Virus record (IMG/VR): IMGVR_UViG_3300047400_000149
Location: 1 to 7,454 of that record
Origin: a virus
Strand: one strand, 5' to 3'
Length of the DNA: 7,454 nucleotides
Below are positions 1 through 5,687 of this stretch, piece by piece. The notes beneath the pieces are model-generated. The model saw only the letters and a program-made list of their open reading frames with translations, was not told the DNA's origin and did no database searches. The number at the start of each line of letters is the position of its first letter. Positions within the stretch are counted from its first letter, which is position 1. A program made the position numbers and the translations under genes.

Positions 1-542
1 GTCGACGGGGCCGACATGAACGCCCAATCGGGGTCTGTCTTAGACCGCTCGGCCAGATCATAGAAGGCATCGAACCCGTTCGGGGTGGACACGAACGCGG
101 CCCATCCCTTCGTGGTCGTGAGCATTGGACGCAGGACCTGAGGCCAGAGCTCGGGGTGCTGGTCGCGGACCTCATCGACCACCACGCCGTGCAGGGTCTC
201 GCCTCGGAGGTTGTCAAAGTTCTCGCCCGACCGGAAGCTGATCTCCGAGTTGTTGATGAGCTTGACCCGAAGCTCCGTCTGGTTCTTTTTGACCATGACT
301 TCGGGGCAGGACCAGAGCATCCCGATAAGCCTGCGGTACTGGATCCTAGCCTGCTGATAGGTCGGGCTCACGAACCAATACTTCGTCCCCGGGTTCTCCC
401 AAGCACGCTTCACCAGCTCGTTCAGGCAGGCCGTGGACTTGCCCGACTGACGGCCCCAGGACGCCACCCGGTAGCGTGCCCCGGAGCTATGAAACTCGAG
501 CTGCTTCTCGTGGGGCTTGTAGAGCTGGAGCTTGAGGCGCAT
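1..542 (-). CDS. terL: Terminase large subunit, N-terminal ATPase domain (partial; gene continues past the left edge)
   Basis: Hand translation of the minus strand from ATG 542-540 stays open to position 1. It reads MRLKLQLYKPHEKQLEFHSSGARYRVASWGRQSGKSTACLNELVKRAWENPGTKYWFVSPTYQQARIQYRRLIGMLWSCPEVMVKKNQTELRVKLINNSEISFRSGENFDNLRGETLHGVVVDEVRDQHPELWPQVLRPMLTTTKGWAAFVSTPNGFDAFYDLAERSKTDPDWAFMSAPST. Motifs present: Walker A (GRQSGKST), Walker B-like (LHGVVVDE) and the downstream coupling motif (FVSTPNG), the usual layout of terminase large-subunit ATPase domains. A GAGGG Shine-Dalgarno lies ~8 nt upstream, and the gene starts 3 nt after the stop of the small-subunit gene. It is absent from the ORF track only because it has no stop within the window. 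Confidence 0.9.
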   Translation of the reverse strand, partial: MRLKLQLYKPHEKQLEFHSSGARYRVASWGRQSGKSTACLNELVKRAWENPGTKYWFVSPTYQQARIQYRRLIGMLWSCPEVMVKKNQTELRVKLINNSEISFRSGENFDNLRGETLHGVVVDEVRDQHPELWPQVLRPMLTTTKGWAAFVSTPNGFDAFYDLAERSKTDPDWAFMSAPS

Positions 543-545
543 GGC

Positions 546-902
546 CTAGCCCTCGCCCGGGCTCGAAGGCTCGCTCGTGCCGCCCCATTGGGCCGTGTAG
601 GTGATCTCCGCTTTCGCCTCGACCTTCGCCTCGGTGGTCTGCTCGATCTTCTCGGTCTGGCCTAGCATCTGCTTCCCGAGCCAGATCAGCATAGCTACGT
701 TGCCCTTCTTCGCGGCCTCAAGCTGCCAACGCCTGAGCGAAATCTTCAGGTTCTCACGCCCTTTTGACATTTCACCCGCAAAACGCTTCTCGAGGGTATC
801 GGTCGAGCACCCCACCACGACGGCGATCTCGTTGTTCTTGCATCCGAGGGCTGCCAGGTCTTGGACGAGCTTTGGGTCGATCTTGAGCTTAGGTCGTGCC
901 AT
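546..902 (-). CDS. terS: Terminase small subunit (HTH-type)
   Basis: 118-aa ORF with an ATG start, directly upstream of terL. The N-terminal segment looks like a helix-turn-helix (KLVQDLAALGCKNNEIAVVVGCSTDTLEKRF). It is followed by LRRWQLEAAKKGNVAMLIWLGKQMLGQ, a pattern I recognise from small terminase subunits. The start overlaps the methyltransferase stop by 1 nt (TAATG). An AGGCGGA SD-like element lies upstream. Confidence 0.72.
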   Translation of the reverse strand: MARPKLKIDPKLVQDLAALGCKNNEIAVVVGCSTDTLEKRFAGEMSKGRENLKISLRRWQLEAAKKGNVAMLIWLGKQMLGQTEKIEQTTEAKVEAKAEITYTAQWGGTSEPSSPGEG

Positions 903-2158
903 TATTCCGCCTTGATCTCATCCCACGGTTTGCCATCTTCTCGGTGGGCTTTCTTGCCCGTGTATTTCTGCCAACGATCAAGGATGACACCGCAGTAGTG
1001 CGGGTCTAGTTCCATACCGAAACATTGACGACCATGTTTTTCCGCCGCAATTAGCGTTGTCCCGGTTCCGCAAAACGGATCGTATATCGATTTTGCAAAA
1101 TCAAACTTTTCGATGAACCAGATTGGAAACGACACTGGAAACCCTGCTTTGTGGTCATTGGCAAACTCGTTTCCGGAATTCGATTCCGTTTCCACAACAT
1201 TCGGATATTTACCCTGCCATTCACAAGGAAACCCTCGCGTCTTCGTGTCGTTTGAAAAGCAGAAAACATATTCCCATTTTGTATTAAACGCGCCTTTGAC
1301 AATGTTCGGTGGGCACTGTTTTTTGTTCCAGATCAAAATGTCTTTAATCAAGTCCTGATGTTTTGACTGATAACGGAACAGCGGGTTTCTATTGTGCGTC
1401 AACAGTTGAAGGTTCACAAAAACATAGCGGCTTTTTGCCACTGCAATTCCAGTGAACCCGCACAGGAGATCCAAGTAATCGTCGTCTGAAAGTTCATCGG
1501 TGTGCTGTTTATATTTTCTATCAAATCCTGAGACCCGTCCGGTCAAATGATCATTTTTTGCGGCGTTGTAAGGTGGGCTTGTGAAAGTTATGTCTGCGGT
1601 GTTTTCGTCAAATAGACGCTCAACATCCGTGATGGCCGTCGAATCCCCGCACATGAGCCTATGCTTCCCAAGCACATAGACCTCGCCTCGCATCACCTTG
1701 GGCTCTGGTAGCGCATCTGGCACCTCGTCCTCGTCGCACTGTGGGTCTAGCTTGTCGGCGGGCTCGATCACGAAGTCCTTGATCCCGAGCAGATCAATAT
1801 CGAAGTCAGGCCCCAGATCCCCAATGTCCGCATTGATCGCGCTTAGGTCCAGCTCGCTCCAGCTTGCGATTGCGTTGTCGGACTGGACGTCGGCGTACTC
1901 CTGCGTCTCGTCCTCGTAATCCTGGAAGCTAACCGGGACTTCCTTCCAGCCTAAATGCTTGGCCGCCTCGAGACGCCCGTGGCCCGAGGTGATGAAGCCT
2001 GAACGCTTGGAGACCTTGATGGGATAGCGCCATCCCTGGTACTCGAGAATCTTGGCCAGGCGCTCGACCTGATCCGCCGGGTGCCGGTTTCTATTCTGGG
2101 GGTGGGCCTTCAGTTCCTTGGTGCCGACCATGCGGTCGTGCGGGCAGTGGACTTGCAT
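902..2158 (-). CDS. ParB-like nuclease domain fused to a beta-class (N4-C/N6-A) DNA methyltransferase
   Basis: 418-aa ORF with an ATG start. Residues ~10-78 (ELKAHPQNRNRHPADQVERLAKILEYQGWRYPIKVSKRSGFITSGHGRLEAAKHLGWKEVPV) match the ParB/Srx N-terminal fold. An acidic linker follows (DPQCDEDEVPDALPEP). The methyltransferase part has LMCGDSTAITDVERLF, catalytic motif IV TSPPYN (nt 1568-1579) and the AdoMet motif I DPFCGTGTT (nt 1055-1075) near the C-terminus. Motif IV preceding motif I is the beta-class order. Confidence 0.9.
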   Translation of the reverse strand: MQVHCPHDRMVGTKELKAHPQNRNRHPADQVERLAKILEYQGWRYPIKVSKRSGFITSGHGRLEAAKHLGWKEVPVSFQDYEDETQEYADVQSDNAIASWSELDLSAINADIGDLGPDFDIDLLGIKDFVIEPADKLDPQCDEDEVPDALPEPKVMRGEVYVLGKHRLMCGDSTAITDVERLFDENTADITFTSPPYNAAKNDHLTGRVSGFDRKYKQHTDELSDDDYLDLLCGFTGIAVAKSRYVFVNLQLLTHNRNPLFRYQSKHQDLIKDILIWNKKQCPPNIVKGAFNTKWEYVFCFSNDTKTRGFPCEWQGKYPNVVETESNSGNEFANDHKAGFPVSFPIWFIEKFDFAKSIYDPFCGTGTTLIAAEKHGRQCFGMELDPHYCGVILDRWQKYTGKKAHREDGKPWDEIKAE

Positions 2159-2204
2159 AGCCTAGAGAATCAGTCGGACTCCGGGCTCACGCAAGGGCAA
2201 AGTG

Positions 2205-2507
2205 TCAGAGCTTGTAGATCAGGTATTCGGCCTTGTAGTTGGCGTGGTCGGTCGTCTGTTCGGTCATGAAGGTGAAGCTGGTTGCCGTCTTGGCTGTCAC
2301 GTTCGCATGGAGATGCCTGACGCTCACATCAACCGTATTCGAGATCGTGATCACGACGGCGTAGTTCGTGGTCCCGAGCGAAAGCCCGCTCACCGTGAAG
2401 GTGTCCGTCCCGTTCGGCATGGAGTAGATCCCGCCGATCAGGTTCGCTTTCAGCGTGTTCAGCATCCCCTGGAGCCAGGCACCGGCCCCTAGACCCACGC
2501 CGCTCAC
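2205..2507 (-). CDS. Hypothetical small beta-rich protein (100 aa), function unknown
   Basis: The start codon is GTG. It overlaps the stop of the upstream gene (GTGA), and a GAGGGA SD lies ~9 nt upstream. Codon third positions are strongly G/C-biased, as in neighbouring genes. An alternative ATG exists at 2465. I recognise no motif. Confidence 0.55.
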   Translation of the reverse strand: MSGVGLGAGAWLQGMLNTLKANLIGGIYSMPNGTDTFTVSGLSLGTTNYAVVITISNTVDVSVRHLHANVTAKTATSFTFMTEQTTDHANYKAEYLIYKL

Positions 2508-2827
2508 GAGGTCGATCCCTCAGTGACATAGAGCGTCCCGGTGGTGCTATTAGCCTGGATCACGGCGTACTTCTCGCCCGCCTTGATCTCGAAATACTCG
2601 ATGAAGCCCGCCGGAAGGAACATGGCGCTCGAGCTTGCCGTGGGGTTGGCTCCGAAGGCGAGGTAACAGTCAGCCGTTGCGAAGAACCGGAGGATGGTCA
2701 CTCCGTCGCTTGGGGCCGACCCTTGGACCGATGCCGCGCCGATGGCTACCTGAGAGCTTGTCCCAGGGCTGATGACTTGGAAGATGCTGGTCTGTAGGCC
2801 GCCTGCCTGCGCTGCGATAGATGTCAT
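2504..2827 (-). CDS. Hypothetical small beta-rich protein (107 aa), possibly virion-associated
   Basis: ATG start, with an in-frame stop 3 codons upstream, so this is the first possible start. Codon use matches the backbone. No obvious SD. The core ILRFFATADCYLAFGANPTASSSAMFLPAGFIEYFEIKAGEKYAVIQ has the same spacing pattern as the 136-aa protein at 6389-6799. Confidence 0.6.
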   Translation of the reverse strand: MTSIAAQAGGLQTSIFQVISPGTSSQVAIGAASVQGSAPSDGVTILRFFATADCYLAFGANPTASSSAMFLPAGFIEYFEIKAGEKYAVIQANSTTGTLYVTEGSTS

Positions 2828-2844
2828 GGCGCTAGACTAGCGGC

Positions 2845-2882
2845 AAAAAAGCGGGGGCGCAACCCTTTCGGATCACGCCCCC
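2845..2882 (-). terminator. Rho-independent terminator downstream of the tail-fibre gene
   Basis: The minus-strand RNA reads GGGGGCG-UGAUCC-GAAA-GGGUUG-CGCCCCC-GC-UUUUUU. This gives seven G:C pairs plus six further pairs (including G:U) closed by a GNRA (GAAA) tetraloop, then a U6 tract (plus-strand A run 2845-2850). There is no U tract in the plus-strand orientation, so it acts on the minus strand only. Confidence 0.8.
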
Positions 2883-2974
2883 ACCTCGCATTGAATTGGA
2901 GGACAATGCTGCTTGGACTATCTTCCTACCCAATTACTGCCTTGCGGCAAAGTAGAAAGGTGAGGTCCAGCGAT

Positions 2975-5599
2975 TTAAAACACGCTCACCATCTTCATGT
3001 AGTACACGAAGATTTCGTCACCTTCTGCGATCGGGCTGATCGAGCTAGAGCCCGCCCATTCCGATCCCATCGAAATCACCGAACCGCTGACCGTGAAGTC
3101 AACGCCCGGGCGGCCCATGACGCCTTCACGCATCACGAACGGGGTGCCGACGATGGACGAGCCAACGTCGATCTGACCCGAAGCCACCTGAGCCGAGGTC
3201 ACAGTGACCTTGACGTACTGCAGCGACGGGAGCTGCAAAGCCTCAACAGTTGAAAGACGGGTGTTGAGCCCACCTTCAACGCCAAGGGCCCGGTTCTTTT
3301 CCACGAGAACGGCTGCATCGGCATAGGCTTGGGCAGCCGACTGAGCGGCCGTAACCTGTCCGTAAGCTGCCGCATCACTGGAGACCGATCCATTGGCCAC
3401 GCCCTGAATCTTGATACTGTTCAGAATGAGCGAGGAGCCGGTAATGGACACAGAACCACGAGTGCCAGTGGCCACGGTTCCGGTTGCGATCGAGATATTG
3501 CCCGATGCGCCCGATCCCGCTGCTGCGCTGGTCGTAATCGTCACGGCTCCAGTTGCGCTTCCTGCTGGGGCGCTTCCTGTCGTGATGAATACTGCGCTGC
3601 TGGCTGCTGCGGAATTGTTCCCGGTTTGAATCTTAATCGCTGCTGGCGAAGATCCCACCGTCTGCCACAATGCCTGACCGCTCGTGTGGTTGATTTGAGA
3701 GCTTGGAACTCCGGTTGCACTCGTGACCGATACGCCACGCGAATAAAGCTGCGTGTACGAAAGGGCCAAACTACCCAGCGCCTTGCTTGCGTCCGTTGCC
3801 GGAAGCAGGTCGGAGTTGATTGCGGTGGTTCCGAGGTTGTTCAACGTCGTCGACGCTTTTCCGGCCAGAGCCGTGTCGGCATACGACTTCGTCACCGCGT
3901 CCTGAGCCAAAGTGGGATCAGCCATTCCGATGATCTTTTTGGATCCCATATCAAGAGCGCCGGTCATTGCACGTCTGCCATCAAGCCTCAGGTCGAGAGC
4001 TTCCTGTTGATCGGTGTAGGCTTTTGCGTCAACCAAAGCCTTGGCCACCGAACCAACTCCAGAACCTTCGATAACATTAAGGCGACCGGACAGTGCGGAG
4101 TCGGCATTTGCGCGAGCGGTCGCTTCATTGCCAATGTTGTTTGTTACGGTCGTTGCAAAGTTCGGATCGCTACCAAGAGCGTCAGCAAGTTCCTTGAGGG
4201 TGTCAAGTGTGCTTGGGCTGCTTGCGACGAGATCCGCAACCTTTTGGTCGGCGTATCCCTTTGCAGAAATGATCTGATTGTCAACATAGGTTTTTGAAGT
4301 CGGATCTTGCTCCAATACGTCTAGACGATCACCAAGGCTTTGGTTAATGCTATTGAGCTGGGAATAGGCGACTGCGTCTTGAGGATCGACAGCATTTGCA
4401 ATTCCTCTGATGGAATATCCCATCATGTTGACGTCTGACAGATGCTGGAATTCTTCTGAGCTATAGAAATCCACCACCGGTGTTCCGTCGATAGATCCAA
4501 GCTTTCTAGCGGAAACATCAAGCACCATTGATTCCGTATTGCCATCTTGTTCAAGATGGTTTGGATCGCGGATTTTATTGGTCATGTGAAGGTTGGAAAC
4601 ACCCTCAATAATTCCGGCCCCCAAAGTGCTAATGTTCTGGATTTTGTAGCCGCCTGCATCCATGTGACCGGTAAGGGGCTGACTTCCATCCTGCCAAAAA
4701 TACTTGGCATCGGCGCGTTGCGTCTCTGTGTCAATAGCCTGAGAAATCGCTTGATTTCTGCTGCTGGCCTCCTGAGAAATAGCAAAGTTGCGATCGGTAA
4801 CTTCTTGGCTAATTGCGTCGGAAATGGCCGAATTTCTGTCGCTCACCTCCTGTAGAATTGCCGCTCTGCGGTCTGCAATTTCCTGCGATAGCTGTCCATA
4901 TACGCCCTGAGCATAGGTGCTGCCGCTAACGGATTGACCCTCTAGCGAGCTAATGCGCTCATCCTGCTGGGCATCTTTCGTGTCAATGCGGCTGACTGCC
5001 GAGGACCTTGCCTGAGATTCTGTAGAGAGATCGTCGCGAAGGCCGCCTTCAATTCCAAGTGCTCGTTGCTTTTCTTCTTCAACCGCATGAAGCACGGAAC
5101 CAGCGACGGAAGAATCGCCTTCAAGCACATCAAGACGATCACTGAGTGACCCAATCTGTGAACTGATGTGTGCGGCGAGCTGCGGATCGTTTGCAATTGC
5201 GTCGGCAAGCTCCTTGAGCGTGTCGAGCATCTGCGGAGCGCCGCCGATCAGGTCGCTGATCTTTTGGTTGACGTAGTCGAGAGCGTCTTTCTTTGCCTTA
5301 GCGATCGAGCCTTCGGTCGAATCGTCGCCTTGGACAACGGACATAGCATCTTCAAGATCGGTCGCACGACCTTCAACTGCGGTCAGACGATTGTCGCGAA
5401 CTTGGAGCTGCGAATCGATGAACGATTTGCGAGCAAGATCGTTGCCTTCGCTCGGATCTGCGGAAACCTGTGGGAGCTTGAGAAGCTGGAATTTTGAACT
5501 GCTGTCCAATTTGAAAAGCGACTGAACACTGCCGGAACTGTCGAGTGCGCGGAGTGCTTGATCGTTTTTCAGGACGATAACCTTGCCTGATACGGCCAT
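2975..5599 (-). CDS. Tail fibre protein (874 aa), long, repetitive and modular
   Basis: ATG start with a GAGG SD 7 nt upstream. The fibre motif LDTLKELADA(I/L)xxDPxxA occurs twice (res 125-142 and 465-482). Several junction motifs of the type I-x-(N/G)-x-A-x-P-x3-DA-x-x-(K/Y)-x-Y-x-D are present, for example KKIIGMADPTLAQDAVTKSYAD. EKxRALG(I/V)EGGLxxxLST occurs twice. There are 11-residue coiled-coil repeats and a Gly/Ala/Ser/Thr-rich ~15-residue beta repeat. Confidence 0.87.
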   Translation of the reverse strand: MAVSGKVIVLKNDQALRALDSSGSVQSLFKLDSSSKFQLLKLPQVSADPSEGNDLARKSFIDSQLQVRDNRLTAVEGRATDLEDAMSVVQGDDSTEGSIAKAKKDALDYVNQKISDLIGGAPQMLDTLKELADAIANDPQLAAHISSQIGSLSDRLDVLEGDSSVAGSVLHAVEEEKQRALGIEGGLRDDLSTESQARSSAVSRIDTKDAQQDERISSLEGQSVSGSTYAQGVYGQLSQEIADRRAAILQEVSDRNSAISDAISQEVTDRNFAISQEASSRNQAISQAIDTETQRADAKYFWQDGSQPLTGHMDAGGYKIQNISTLGAGIIEGVSNLHMTNKIRDPNHLEQDGNTESMVLDVSARKLGSIDGTPVVDFYSSEEFQHLSDVNMMGYSIRGIANAVDPQDAVAYSQLNSINQSLGDRLDVLEQDPTSKTYVDNQIISAKGYADQKVADLVASSPSTLDTLKELADALGSDPNFATTVTNNIGNEATARANADSALSGRLNVIEGSGVGSVAKALVDAKAYTDQQEALDLRLDGRRAMTGALDMGSKKIIGMADPTLAQDAVTKSYADTALAGKASTTLNNLGTTAINSDLLPATDASKALGSLALSYTQLYSRGVSVTSATGVPSSQINHTSGQALWQTVGSSPAAIKIQTGNNSAAASSAVFITTGSAPAGSATGAVTITTSAAAGSGASGNISIATGTVATGTRGSVSITGSSLILNSIKIQGVANGSVSSDAAAYGQVTAAQSAAQAYADAAVLVEKNRALGVEGGLNTRLSTVEALQLPSLQYVKVTVTSAQVASGQIDVGSSIVGTPFVMREGVMGRPGVDFTVSGSVISMGSEWAGSSSISPIAEGDEIFVYYMKMVSVF
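3395..3640 (-). repeat. In-frame ~15-codon G/A/S/T-rich repeats inside the fibre gene (res 654-737)
   Basis: The units are AIKIQTGNNSAAASS / AVFITTGSAPAGSATG / AVTITTSAAAGSGASG / NISIATGTVATGTRG / SVSITGSSLILN / SIKIQGVANG. Each has an alternating hydrophobic beta strand (xIxIxT) followed by a small-residue turn. Confidence 0.75.
4706..4888 (-). repeat. In-frame 33-nt (11-codon) tandem repeats inside the fibre gene (res 238-298)
   Basis: The units are QEIADRRAAIL / QEVSDRNSAIS / (DAIS) / QEVTDRNFAIS / QEASSRNQAIS / QAIDTETQRAD. This is a hendecad periodicity with one 4-residue insertion. Confidence 0.8.
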
Positions 5600-5687
5600 G
5601 AGAAACCTCGTGTTTTTGTTTATTGGCGCGTCATTGCGCCATCAAGTAGCGTGGGGCCTGTTTCAAAACTTGCAAAGTGCTTTTTGA
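5600..5687 (-). promoter_or_regulatory. Intergenic leader of the fibre gene with an inverted repeat; possible promoter/operator or 5'-UTR hairpin
   Basis: This 88-nt non-coding gap has lower GC than the flanks. The perfect inverted repeat TGGCGC-N6-GCGCCA lies at 5624-5641, 25 nt upstream of the ATG. Only weak sigma70-like hexamers are visible on the minus strand (TTGCAA, TTGAAA, TTGATG as -35 candidates; AATAAA/ATAAAC as -10 candidates). No convincing -35/-10 pair was found. Confidence 0.3.

Noticed and set aside
156-665. 169-aa plus-strand ORF
   Set aside because: It lies antisense to the terL and terS reading frames, which carry unambiguous Walker A/B and terminase motifs. Its Arg/Leu/Ala-rich composition is typical of a shadow ORF in GC-rich coding DNA.
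1051-1358. Small ORFs 1051-1302 (-) and 1113-1358 (+) inside the methyltransferase gene
   Set aside because: They are nested in or antisense to an ORF that has clear motif IV and motif I methyltransferase signatures.
2202-2529. Alternative ORFs 2202-2492 (+) and 2329-2529 (-)
   Set aside because: Both overlap the 100-aa minus-strand ORF. That ORF has a GTGA coupled start, an SD and backbone-like G/C-ending codons. The alternatives are Arg-rich shadow frames.
2891-3253. 120-aa plus-strand ORF preceded by GGAGGA
   Set aside because: The listed start is TTG. The GGAGG lies only 3 nt from the internal ATG at 2906, which is too close. The ORF runs antisense into the fibre C-terminus, and its Arg/His-rich composition looks non-coding.
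2975-3300. Diversity-generating retroelement targeting the fibre C-terminus
   Set aside because: There is no reverse transcriptase ORF in the window. I could see no second (template) copy of the C-terminal ~100-150 nt by eye, in particular none in the 147-nt region downstream of the stop. The internal repeats are in-frame protein repeats, not a TR/VR pair. An RT outside the window cannot be excluded.
3329-4297. 322-aa plus-strand ORF, the second-longest in the track
   Set aside because: It lies entirely antisense to the fibre gene. It is Arg/Cys/Gly-rich with no SD and no recognisable motif. The repetitive GCN/GGN/ACN codon content of the fibre's small-residue repeats suppresses stop codons on the opposite strand.
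5624-5641. The hairpin in the fibre leader as a terminator for the 233-aa gene
   Set aside because: On the minus strand the stem is followed by an A-rich tract, not a U-rich one. The stem is also short (6-7 bp).
2828-5687. Invertible fibre segment or shufflon (Mu G / P1 C type)
   Set aside because: There are no flanking inverted repeats, no alternative fibre C-terminal ORFs on the opposite strand, and no invertase gene in the window.
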